In this document: piece by piece, positions 1 through 13,435 of the stretch
Numbering within the stretch: position 1 is the first letter of the stretch
Layout: each line of letters begins with the position of its first letter
NCBI GenBank assembly: GCA_964106645.2
Contig: OZ067038.1
Reading direction: 5' to 3' (one strand)
DNA length: 64,000 nucleotides
Source: Podarcis pityusensis
Taxonomy: Eukaryota
Notes under the pieces: model-generated
Told to the model about the DNA's origin: nothing
Database searches by the model: none
The model's input: the letters and a program-made list of their open reading frames with translations, nothing else
Position numbers and translations under genes: made by a program

Positions 1-905
1 ACAAAATGGTTAAGTCAAAAAGGCATTCAGTCAGTTCAAAATGTCAAAAGCAAGAGAGGTAAATTTGTAGTTAGAAAAGGGTAACTAGTTTGCCTTCCTG
101 TAACTTGATTATGCAGAAATGAATTTTGAAAACAATTAGTATGGTGAAGAGCTCAGTGTAAATGGGAAGGCAGAGCGGGAAAGAGAGGAGAAAGAACCAG
201 TTGCAACCAGTTCCTTGATAAATGTCACTATGTCTTCTCCTACTGAAACACTCAAGATACCCATCACTTAAGTGGCCAAATGATGCTAGACAGAATTCCC
301 ATGTTCTAATAAATGAAATCCTACCCATTCGGAGGATGGCCCATTAAGATTTGAATAAAGCAAGAGGCCCACTTAAGTGAGCAAGAATAAATTGTTTGGA
401 TTTTCAGACCCAAGACTCAAGAAGCAACAGGTGCTCAGACTTCAAGAAGCAGATATCCCATCTGACACATAATTAAGCCCATTCACAACAATGGTCTTAA
501 GTACACTTTGTGTTGGCTTGTGGCTAGTGTGTCTCTGAACATGTACAGAATGCCTTTCACCACAGCCAGGTTCACTGAGCACTCCTCCAACCAGTAGGTA
601 GGTGGGTATAGCAGGGGTCATAATTTTGTCAGTTACTACTACTACTACTACTATTTTATCCTCTTGGTCCATTTCTGTCTGCTCAGCATTAAATGGGTCT
701 ATATTCTCCTCTCAAGGTGCACAGAAAGTAGATCTTAAAGCTAATGGATGTTAAAGCCCAAGTAATACTAGAGGAATGCCATACTAAGGATGAAGTTGAT
801 GATAGCATGTTAGCAGGGGCAAGAGATGTCTGTTTAGTAAGGTGAACAGCACACTGTTACTGCCCAGTGCACACACAAATCAGCATAGAAAATATCAGCC
901 ACTAC

Positions 906-998
906 CGAGCTGATGTGCTTCTGTGTCTCCTTGACACGTTTTACTTCGGGAAGATCAGAAATGGGAGTTCCTTTTCCAATTTGATCCTTGTACTTAAT
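906..998 (-). CDS. NEB: NEB exon, 93 nt, Z-disc simple repeat
   Basis: [31 protein letters not shown]; tag/gtagtg. Confidence 0.93.
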
Positions 999-1886
999 CT
1001 ACAAAGTGGTATTCAGTTCAGAAAACAAGACAAAACAATAATGACTTACATTATGTACATGAAACACATCCATTTCGCGTAAAAAGAACAAGAGTAAACA
1101 AATATAATCACGATTGTAGGAGCTGAAAGCATTGCATGCACCCATGTTGAAACAGACATCTGCGGAAAACGAGTTTCTGCAAAGATTTAAAATTCGATGT
1201 ATAAAACCCAATCTCCAATTTGATAGTGGAGGAAGAGCCATGGATGGACACCTTGACTCAACAATCTTACCAATGTAGTAGAAACAGGAGGATTAAAGCT
1301 TTCCACCAGGTTCCTTGCTTTAAAAGCTATTTTAATCATCAGTAAACAAGTATGAGATAATTTTATTTTGCAGCTCAAGTGCAACCTGGCCGAAAAAAAT
1401 AGATTTTTGATCATGGCATCCATCACAGAGCTTCTCCTTTTTAAGCCCCTGGCCCTGTTTTACAACTACCTTGTGTTGACAATGCCAGGCAAATCTTCAG
1501 AGAGTAGCCTGGAGTGGCCATGCATCTCCTCAGCTGCATCCCAAGGGACATTGTTATTGGGATGCTGTTATGAGACCTTCCCATGGCCACTGTCAATATT
1601 GGGCCCCTTGCAATTGTGCTGGCTGCTGATATCAATCAAATTTTCAGTCCAGCTTAGGAGAGTGTGCCTAAATTGTTTCAACTCTAGTAACTTTCTTTGG
1701 ATTCATTCCCACTAGATTCCGGAACCTAGACTTGTGGCCATAGGTTTTGTATGCCGTGGGGTTTTTCCCTCACACAGGAAATAGGTAATGTGCACTGAAA
1801 CACACGACACTGGCCAACGCAGAAGCAGATGAATGAGCCTCTGCAAACTGGAACCTCTGCCTATTCAGAGGAGACACTGGGCTAGG

Positions 1887-1933
<47 letters not shown>

Positions 1934-4900
1934 TAGTCTCCAATATGCATTATAGACCTATTGAAACCAAACAGCTCATCCTTATTCAGTGAAGTCCCAT
2001 TGAAACCAGTGGCATAAACCAACCTATATTACTTTTTAAGTCCAATTGCTTTTCAGTGGGATTTCGTCGTGAATGGAGCAGGATTCTGTTCTGGATTCAA
2101 ATGTTTATCAGATAATCTGAAATGAATAAACTAGATTTTCCTCAAAAAATTGAAACGAGTAATATCGGTGCTTCCTATCCACCTCCCGTTCTATCCAGCA
2201 TGGGTGACAATACATGTACAACATTCAATAAAAACATTTTTTACCTCTTTTTTTAACGAAATGTCAAAAAAGGAAAGTAAGACATTGTGCAGAACACAAT
2301 CAAATGAAAAATAATTTTGGCAATCCTACCATACGTACTGGGGTTTGGGGGGAGATGAAGTAGAGAGAGAAAACAAAAAATATCAGAAATAATTCTCTAA
2401 AATTATTGTTAGTTTTAAAACGTGGTCACTATATTTGCTACCATGAGTATCTCATCGACATTTCGGACAAGATCAAAATGTGAATTTAGTTTCAGTATTT
2501 TGTGAAATGATAAACATTAGTTGAACATTAGAAAATGTTAATAGTTAGAGTTTTTGAAATGTGGAGACTATTTTACATAGGAAAGTAAAAGTAGAATGGA
2601 AGAGCTAGTTAGCAAATTATGTTTTGATTAATTATGAAAAGCCTTGACTTTTCAAGTTATTCCAGAATTGCTGTTAGGATCATGTAAGGCAAATGAAGTT
2701 TTATAAGTTGGGAACAGCACAGGTAAGAGTGTTAACAATCCACTGGGTTTTGTACCGTGCTTATTGCATCCTGCGTTTGTTTAATTCTCTGCATCTCGGG
2801 CGTCTTTTCAATAGCTGTTCCTGTTCCAATATCTTCTTTATATAAAATCTTAACCAAGACAACAAGATTGAGCATAGAAAAACAACAACATTGTCATTTG
2901 CTACAGAAAGACTACAAAACAGTGGAATATTAAGAAACCTCTAACTGGTTCCTTGATCATCAGTGCATTCACTCACACAGAAGTCATTCCCATTGATTTC
3001 AGAAGCTTTTGCTTCCAAGCAAGATTATCCTTAAGTAAAATGTGTACTTCTCCATATTTTGTGACGTAGTTCTCCAACAAAAAAAATAGTGTGCAAAATG
3101 TGTATATTTGGGGGAAAGTATGCATAAAACGCACAACTGAGTGAAAATATTTTTAAATGCACCAGATATTTGCTAAAATGTATATATTAGGCAAAATTGC
3201 ACAGCAAAATGCATACAATGGGAGAAAGCACATTGAAATGCTGGTGAGTTTTTTGAGGGTGTTCTTTTTTATTTTTTAAAGCAAATGAATGCAAATATGT
3301 AGTAAACTGAACTTAAGAAAAATGTTAACTCAAAATTAGACAGATTCATCCATCCCTGTTTTCAGGATCTTGGGAACTTGTGGAGGAGGGAATTTCTGCT
3401 TCAACTATCCTGGTTCATGCATGCCTGTTACACTGTCTAAGTAAAATGGGAATGGCACTGATTTTAACGTAGACATGGCTTTCCACTGTTTTGATCAGAC
3501 ATCCATGGAATAATCATGACCAATAAACACATCACATAATGACAATATTTAGCATCCTTTGAAGATCTTCATGGTTAAACTTGCTAATTAAGAACAAAGC
3601 AGGGCATACACGAATTAGCTGCTAAAAGACGACACAGCAAGCCTATAAACAGCTACAAACTCATAGCCACATTGCAAAACAAGGGCAGATATTTTGTACT
3701 TCTACTGTCAGATGTGGGGTACACAACCCACTGTGCAATGGTGGAAGCTGTTGAAGGAGAGATTGTGTAAAGGAAAAGCAACACCTGCACATATAATAAG
3801 GTACACATAATTAGTGTAAAATTGCAAGGCCTTGACCACCGACATACAAGCCTGGATATGCATAGTAAACAAGAAGCACCATTCATATCAAGGAAGATTC
3901 CTGTATGCTGAAAGATCTGCAAAAGTAGGACAACAAAATTAAGGATTCACTTTGTGGTGTAAAATAAGGTTACCGTGCTGAAGTTCTTCTGGTTTTCTTT
4001 CACTCTTAATATCTCTGGTGTTTCATGTACAACTGTGACTTTTCCTTTGCTGTCCTGTAGATCATGCTGGTACTTGAGCTGTTTAGGAGAACACAATTTT
4101 TTTTGTTTATTGCCCTTGCAATAAAGAATTCAGTCTTGCGCCTTTATTTCTTTGGTATTCTATGCGGCTTTCTTATAAATAAATAAATAAAGCATTTAGG
4201 AATACTGAAATCTGAAGTCGCACCTTTCACCCGGGTCATCTAAATTCAGCTGCTGTTTGCACACATGGGATTTCTAGTGGGCACCCAGATAATAGGACAG
4301 AATCTTCAATCATTATGAGGCATTCGCTCTGCATTTACAGAGAATGGAGAACCCCATGCATCGTGGGGTAGGGGCTCTGGGTGCACAGAAGATTTTGCAA
4401 TTGGGGCCCACATTTACCTATTCATGTTTCCATCAGCTGGTGCTGCTTTCAAACACATGCGACCTCAGGTAAACTGCACTGCCATCTGCACATACGCTGT
4501 ATCCTCACCATCCACCCGCATTTTTGTAACCTTGTATTCTACCTGTCCTGGATCCCAGCCACCCAATTTTCAGTTTTGCACTGTAAGGTATGATGCACAG
4601 AGACAAAGGCAGTGCTGAAACGGTCATGAGGAACAGTGTACTACACCCTTCTTGAAAGGGGAGACTTTGACTGAAACCATGCCTCTCCTCTAAGCCACAC
4701 ACACAAACATGCACATACAAAATGGGTAAGCTCATACAAGACCCCACGGCCCTTCAGGTCTTGCTAGACTCCAGCTCCCATCAGGCCCAGCCAACATGAC
4801 CAGTGGTCAAGGATGGTGGGAGATAGAGTCCAAAAACATCTGCAGGGCCACAGACTCCCCATCCATAATGACACGTTGCCTGACACCACCTCTGATGTTG

Positions 4901-7900
4901 AGCGAGGAAGAATAAAAGACAAATAAAACCTTCCCATGCATCCTGAGAGCTGGTTAAGCCAGGACAGTGCAATGCAAGAAAACAGCATGTTCTGCTTTAG
5001 TGCCATTGCTTCCAAACAGGAATCTCATCTCTGCTTGCACAGTCACCATGGAGATTTCTATCCATCTATCTGTAAATGTGTGTACACACGCTTTTACATC
5101 TTCAGACCTTACACAATTACTTTTATCTTGACCCAGGCAAGCAAGAGGCATTCTTACAGCTCTGGGATGTGTTCCAGCCATGCAAAAGCTCTTGAGGAGT
5201 GTGTGAGGGATGTAGGAGGCGGAATATTTGTCCTGAAAAGCGGAATCTTCCATCCTATGATCTGCATGGGTCTGAGCAAGGTGTAAAACCCAATTTATCA
5301 ATGGATGTAAAGGTAAAGGGACCCCTGACCATTAGGTCCAGTCGTGGCCGACTCTGGGGTTGCGGCGCTCATCTCACTTTACTGGCCGAGGGAGCCGGCG
5401 TACAGCTTCCGGGTCATGTGGCCAGCATGACTAAGCCGCTTCTGGCGAACCAGAACAGCGCACGGAAATGCCCTTTACCTTCCCGCCGGAGCGGTATCTA
5501 TTTATCTACTTGCACTTTGATGTGCTTTCAAACTGCTAGGTGGGCAGGAGCAGGGACCGAGCAACGGGAGCTCACCCTGTGGCAGGGATTCGAACCGCCG
5601 ACCTTCTGATTGGCAAGTCCTAGGCTCTGTGGTTTAACCCACAGCACCACCCACGCCCCTTATCAATGGATGAGCAAGGGTTAAACCCTGCCGTGTTGGC
5701 TGTGGGGCATGGCAGGAGCTGCAAACACAGAACTGAACCCTGCCCATCAACTGATTGTCAGGTGGGTGTGTGGGGTTTTTTTTGGGGGGGGGGTCTCAGG
5801 AGTCAAATTGGACCCTGCCAAGCTTGGCCCGTGGGCTGGAGTTTTCCCACCTCTGGCCTACATTCTGCACAGGACTTCACAGCATCACATATTTTTAAAT
5901 AATCACACTTTTCACTTTGTGTACGATACATTAATACCTACCATGCTGAAATTCTTTTGGTTCTCCCGGACTCTCTGCATTTCTGGTGTGTCTAGAACAG
6001 GCACATAGTAAGACATAGTTCTCTCTGCATCCTCCTTATATTTTTTCTGTTGGTGGTGCGGAAGGCGAGAGAGAGGAACAAGATTTATTGTTGTGAATAA
6101 AAAAAACCCCAAAACGAAATATATACGCTCAATGTCCAAGAGGCAATTTGCACAAAAACATGTTTATGGTTATCTGTTCACCCTGGAGTTGAGATATGTG
6201 TGAAATAGTTCCTACGTGAAAGAAGCTCCTATCAATAGGGAGCAAGACCCTCCTTTTAAAAATATATTTAAAAATCTGGCAAAGCTAGTTGAAAACAAAT
6301 ACAATAATTACCTGACTTGAAAAGTTCTTCACGTGGTGGGCGTGGATGATGTCTGGAGTGTCAACCACCGTGGTATAGTTGGCTTTTTCCATTTCTGCAG
6401 ACTGCTTATATTTGATCTGTTGGGGGAAAGGTCACAAGCAAATATCCACAGTGAGTACATTTATGAACACAGCTTTCTCTTGATTTCCCCTTAGGAAAAA
6501 TATAGAGGAAGTTCCCTTTAAAATTACTCCCAATTGTTATTAGTGCCTGGCTGTTCTCACTGACCTGGCTAGCGATGTCCATAGCATTCTTTGCCCTCAT
6601 ATAATCAGGCGTTTCTGTGGCATGGCCTGTCAAGCCTCTTCCTTTGATTTCCATCTCTAGAGATTTCTTGTATTCTTTCTGTTGTGGTTTTTTTTAAAAA
6701 AAGGATTAATAGAGATGAGACCATCACAATGGGGCAGGTTTTTCAAAAGTGACACTTATCCCAATTCACCCAGGGTGATCTTGATGTGACTCAAGCTGCT
6801 GCCCATACAACGTGCAAAAAAAGTCTGCCCCACAGGAGAGAAACTTATGCAGTCAAAGAAGCATTCACTCTTCACAGACAGTCTAAGTCATTTGATCATT
6901 TGTGTTACCTAAAAAGCTCATCTCCTGGCTAACACCTCAAAAGGAAATTATCTAACTTAATTAGCTATCAACACATGTTGATTTCCTAAGATTTAAAAAG
7001 GTAAAGGGGACCCCTGACCATTAGGTCCAGTCGTGACCGACTCTGGGGTTGCGGCGCTCATCTCGCTTTATTGGCCGAGGGAGCCGGTGTACAGCTTCCG
7101 GGTCATGTGGCCAGCATGACTAAGCCGCTTCTGGTAAACCAGAGCAGCGCACGGAAACGGCGTTTACCTTCCCGCCGGAGCAGTACCTATTTATCTACTT
7201 GCACTTTGACGTGCTTTTGAATTGCTAGGTTGGCAGGAACAGGTACCGAGCAACGGGAGCTCACCTCGTCGCGGAGATTCGAACCGCTGACCTTCTGATC
7301 AGCAAGTCCTAGGCTCTGTGGTTTAACCCACAGCGCCACCCGTGTCCCCTCCTAAGATTTAAGAAGTGTCCAATACACAGTTTAGGAAGTTTGCTTAACT
7401 TAATTAGCTTTTCATACACGCCAATTTCAGAGGATTAAAAACGTCTGACTAGCTAGACACAAGGGTCTAGCTATTGCCTTGCACAGGACACGAGCTTAAT
7501 TAGCTGTATGTTTTCTAGCACCTACAAACCCATTAGAAAAATTGACCTGGGAAAGTAAATGGGATCTGACTCTGAGATATAGTCAATGCTTCAGAAATTG
7601 CTAGAGCCCAGGCCTATAATTTCTCTTTATAGATAGCTTTGCGGGAATTCTTCTTATGAAAGGCCAGTTCTAACCTTATCCAAGCAGCCTGGGAGGGATG
7701 CTGCAACACTGCTCATTACCATGCCAATGTTGTCCTTCTTCTGGGAGTCATAGGGTGGAGCCACATCATGCATTTCTCCCCAATGTCTGGGGCTTTTGAC
7801 ATTAATCCAGTGCAGAAGAAGGGGGCCATGCTGCGGTGGCCCCCAAGGGAAGTTAGCCTAGCTATGTGCCTCACCTCATTCAAGATATAGGTTGCATTCT

Positions 7901-10900
7901 TTGCTCTGAGTAGGTCTGGGGTCTCTTCCAAAATGGTTAGGCCTTTACCTTTAACACCTTCTTCCAAATCTCTCCTGTATTCTTTCTAGAGGGGGTGGGG
8001 AGAAAAAGAAAACTGAGGAAACCAAAGAGAGAGAGAGCTTCAAGAGGGAGGAGGATGAAGGAGACCCCCTCCCCTAAAAAGAGTTAGTAAATAGCCTTCA
8101 GATTATCTTAAAGCAACACTTAGTTAGGGTGTTCAAGGTTTAACCTTCTAGATAGTCACACAGCTTGACACAACAACTTCAGTAAAGAACACAACATATA
8201 GTGAAACAATGATGTCTGTTCCACCAACAGGAAAACATTAATGCTGCTAATACAATTAACAATTAGTGATTTTTTAAAAAAACACCAATGGACTAGAACA
8301 AGCAACAAACACAGATTAAACCATGCACTTAAGAGAAATGTTTAAGGCTAGTAAAGACGGTAGTGAAGGGACTGCTTTGGTAAGGACAATTAATGAAACT
8401 AGTAGGGTGGTTCACAGCAGAAGACAACAGAGGAGCTGCTACCTCGCTTGCTATTTTGGTGGCATATCTGACATGCAAAAGAGATGGCGTGACCTCCAGG
8501 CCAGTAAGGTTCCTGCCTTTCATGGACTCTTCAAAGTCTTTTTTATATTCTTTCTAACAGGAGTAGGAAGAAGAAGAAGAGAAGGGGGAAAAACAGAATT
8601 TATTTTGGATCTGTGCAGGAAGAATATTTTCAAGTACTGTACTGTTAGTTTTGGGTCCTGTCTTGCCCTTGTTGTGTCAAGTTTGCTGGTCAGCCATTCG
8701 GAGTTGGGTGGGGTTTAGCAGCGTGGTGTAGTGGTTAGAGCGTTGGACAATGGCCTGGGAGACAAATTCAAATCCCCACTCAGCTATGCAAATCACTGGG
8801 TGGCCTTGGGACAGTCCCTGGGACTAAAATGGAGAGGGCAGAACCGTGTACCCCAACTTGAGCTCCTGGAGGAAAAGGTGGTGTATAAACGTAAGGAACA
8901 GATAAAATAAAAATACATTGCAAGCGCCCACTTTGTGTCTCTGACAGCAACAAGGCTTTGGATGAACATGTGATTCACAAAAGGTAGGGCTCCAGTCTTC
9001 CAGTGATCACCAGTGTGCTCAGTTGGTAAGATGCCCTTAAAGCCCACAATAGTGTCATTCCTATGCTTTAGTGCTCACTAATTGTTAGGATCAGTCTATG
9101 GAAGGGAAAATCCCAGAGCCAAAAGGGTAGGCATCCCATAAACCCCAGGCGGGGGGGAATGTCTAATTGCATTTTGAATGGCAATATATTGAAACAATTG
9201 ACAGAATCACCCAAAGGACCTTATACCAGTATTTTTGCCTTGTATAAGTTTCGCTCTTGGACAGAACAATGTGGACACTTCGATCAGGCTATGAAATCAG
9301 TGTATGGTTAAACAAAAAGCTAATATCAAGGGGAAGGGGCTGCTGTAACACTTAAAACAAGCAGGGATTTTCAGTGCTGAAGCACAACAGTTTCACAACT
9401 AATCTTGCTGATATAAAAGGATTAAATATTAAGGCAAACGTTAACTCTGATTTAGCACTGGCTTGTAAGAAGCAAGGTGGACTTTGCACCCTTTCAATCG
9501 CTGTTCAGGCACTGTATTGGGAAATGATGGGCAGAGGCGGCTTTGAAAAAGTGCAGTTGAAAAGTGTTTCAAAAGACACATGAGAGGATGCTTGGCAAAG
9601 CCTCCAGGGAATGAGAAAGGGTAAAAGAATTGCGTTCTCTGACTGCTTATCTTCCTTTTCTTTAGAAAAATGTGAGAGGCCTCCTGGGCTCAAACCCAGG
9701 GCTCAAACTTCCCTGTATCCAGACCCCTTGCACTTGCATAATGGGGGATTGTTCTTTATCAGGTATGGCAAACACCTGCAGCAAGGTGTCAATGGCTGCA
9801 CATGGCAAAGACAGCAAGGATCTGTAGAGGAGGGAGCAGGCAAGCCCCTGGGCCTGGCTATTGCGGGGAATCAGGTCTGTACTCCTGCTTGTCTCTGCAG
9901 TGCTGTGTTACTTCCTGCTTTGGAGACCAGAAGCAAGCACACCTTAAAGCACAGATGGTTGGTTATGGACCGAACTGTGCAACAGAGTCTTTATCTAGTC
10001 AACAGATGGTTGTGCGGTGAAATACTGGGGGGGAACCTACCCTGAAACAATTGACAGAACCACCCAAATGTTATCGACCGAACACCTTATACAAGTATAT
10101 TTCACCTTGTATAAATTTCACATTTGGGACAGAACACTGACAAAACTGAGTTCAGGAAGGTCAATGGAAAAACTATAACTGGACACAAACAAGGCTTGAA
10201 TGGTGTCAGCGAAAGTTGTTTATTACAAATTATATACTGCTACTTTTAGCAGCCAGTCTAATCTTCTGGTAGCCCAGGGGAAACTGACAAACTGCAAGTC
10301 CTTTTATGAACCAACACTTCTGTTATCACCTTAATTCCACAAATTCAAAGTAAATTAATAGCTTAAGAGTCTGTAGCCTTGCTCCTAAACTTCTTTTATT
10401 TGGCAACCGTGAATCAGATTGTAATAAAGTGCAGCCTGTGTTGCCCCTCAGAGGTTTTGACTACAACCTCCATCATCCCTGATCCTTAGTCATCTGACTG
10501 GGGCTGATGGAAGCTGTATGTCCCCCCCCCCCAAAAAAAAAAACCATGGAGGGCACCAGGTTGAACAAGGCTGCTATAGGGTGAACAGAGGCATGATTAT
10601 TTCAATTCTAGTTATACCTACAGAAAGCATCTTCCCCACTAACTGCCTGAACCTGAATGGAAATAATACAATACCATGTTGTCGGGCCTTCATTTTCCAA
10701 CATGAAACCAGGCTGCATTCTGCCACAAAGCACCTCACCTCGCTTTGCATGTGCTGAGACTCCTTAGCCGTGAGGTATGTTGGTGTTTCAAAGTCCAGCA
10801 TGGGCTTCCCTCTTTCCTTTTCATATTTTTCCTTGTACTTCACCTGCCGAGAGGGAGATAAATGTTATCTCCAGTGCATTGCTAGATATAGAACAGAAAT

Positions 10901-13262
10901 GTACAGGGGTGGCCCTGGAATGTGGAAGGGAATTAGGTCTCTTCCCCAAGCCACACTCAAGAAACAATTATGTCAGTCATGAAAACCGCATGTCACGGTG
11001 AGTGACTTGTTGGGTGCCCCCAACACAGTCTGCAGCACCTCACAGAGGAGGGCCCAGAAGCACTGAAATGCTGCTACCAGATGTCAAGGGTCAAGGCCAA
11101 TTTCTATGCTCCAATGGCAACACGGTTGCCGTCCACTTCTTCACATGTCAGGGCCCCATTTTGCAGCCGTAAAGATATGAAGCCACAACTGCGTGGTTTG
11201 CATGGCTAGTTCACACAGCATTACCTATGTGGAATTATGGCAATTTATAAATAAGGGTGCGGAGAACAGTCTGAAAACCAATGTACAAGAGTTTTTTGTT
11301 CAGTCGGAAAATAGCACAGATAGTTAGAGAGAACATTAACAAGAGGCATGTCCCAAAACATTTTCAGACCTGGGTTTAAGGCAAATTTTGAATTAACAAA
11401 TAAACAATTCATTTGTAACCATGTGCATGTGAGGCAGCTATATCTCACATGCAAGAAGTGTGCAAAGCTATATATCCACAACAAACTTTAAAATGACATT
11501 CAATTTCATTTAAGTGCCAAGGCTTTTTCCCGGCAAATTCTGTGAAGGGAGCTAGGAGCTCTAATTGGAGGATTCTAAGCATCTTTATAAAACGTATTAT
11601 TCCCAGAATTCCTTGGGAAAAACAACTTCTTCATTTATATTGTAAATGTACTCCAAGATCAAAAGGAGTTTAATGTTGAAATAACTTTACAGCAATACTT
11701 TTTTAAAAAGCATTTCCCCCTTCTTGGCAGACTTACCCTTCTAGATTCTAGAATGCAATGCAATGGGTTGTGAACGAGAAATAAAAAGCAGGAAACACTT
11801 ATCTATGACTTACTATGCTCTGAAGTTCTGAGGCCTCCTTTAGATGGATCTGTTCAAGGTTATCTGGAACCACATGGTAGTGACCTTTACTCTTCTCATA
11901 TTTCTTCTTGTACTGGTACTAAAGGGGAAGGTGTCAAAAACCACCTCAATAACAAAAAGGCCTAACCTGATCAGCTTTCTAGCTCCAGCCAATCCAACCA
12001 TTTCAACAGAAAAACAAGAAACCCAAAGCATTTTTTAAAAAAAGGAAAAGAAGAAGAAGAAGAAGAAAAAGGAATACATAAAGGGGTGGGGGAGGGAGAA
12101 AAAAATCTCAGACTAATGCCGAAGCACTTGTGATAGCTACTTTTCCCTTGCAATATTATGCAAGAAGGAACAAGATATCGTAAGTAAATAAAAAGAAAAC
12201 CCCCAAAAAAGAAAGAAGGAAGAACAAAAGAAATATAGTGAATATGTGATACAATTAAAATGGAAGACAACGCCACATCTTCTCTTGTTAGCATATTCAT
12301 CATTCTGTGGTCTAACAGCAGGATGATAAAAGTTCAGCAAAAGCAGAATTAATTTTGAAAAGGTTTTAAAAAGTTAAAAGAAGAAGAATGTTGAAATAAC
12401 ATTAAGCATAAAAAATATTGAAATCAAAAGGAAGAAAATGGTATTCCTGTTAGTCAAAAAGGAAAGTTAAAAAGGCCAAAAAAAAAAAAAAAGCCATTTA
12501 CATGTGGTTAGAGGTTTTACGATATTAGCAGTTCTACAGCTAATAGAAAATGCTTGAGAGACTAGGGGTATTAATTAGTCCGCATGAGGAACACTCATTA
12601 GGCAGGGGAGAAGAGAGATCACTACCAGGTGATTTCCTAGGAACAGTCAAGGAGGAAAGCTGTTACAGAAATTGTTAGCGGATATTATCTCAGAAAGGCA
12701 GATGGATGAAATGCTAAAGTGAATATGGTCTGAGATGAGCTAAGAGGCTTACAGAACTGGCGAGCTGGCTGGTGTTCAAGACATGATGCATCGACAGGGA
12801 TTCAGACATGTCTGTCACTGGTTTGTGAAGTTTCTTCAGGTCCGCCTTATATTTAATCTGATGGGGGAAGTTCAAAGAAACGCAATAAAGGAAAAGGCAA
12901 ACAACACTTAGAAATCGGATGCATTAAAAAGGAACAGGACTCAGTCAGACTTTGCATCAAAATGTTGTGGGGGCAGGGCACTGGGGCAAGAGGTGGTTAA
13001 TGAGATCAGCATTACTGCAAATGTTCCTTAAATGATTTGTAGCAAAGTTGCCAGGCACATGTTCCCTTAGGGAAATTCAGGTACATGGCCCAACAAGGCT
13101 AGGAGATGGTTGAAGGTGACAACTCATCATCACTATTTTCTGTGGTTGTGCCTGCTTGTGGAATGTGCTCATCTGACACCTTCATTACATAACCTTAGGT
13201 GCCAGGCAAAAAAAATCCTCTTCTCCTAGCCCTTTGGCTAATTAAACAATCTGTGGCCTTTT

Positions 13263-13303
<41 letters not shown>

Positions 13304-13391
13304 TGTTGTTTGATACTAAAGCATGTATTTTTGTATTTTTATATTGTAAACTGCCCTATGATCCTCAGATGAAAGTTGGTATAGAAATGTA

Positions 13392-13435
<44 letters not shown>

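Noticed and set aside
1-1720. Possible LINE reverse-transcriptase remnant (FTDD and QG-like words on the minus strand)
   Set aside because: Motifs are in the wrong order with no continuous similarity; only the 906-998 exon is supportable here
11967-11978. 12-nt candidate microexon AAAGCTGATCAG|gttagg
   Set aside because: Would leave only a 48-nt downstream intron, and read-through to the next exon hits a stop
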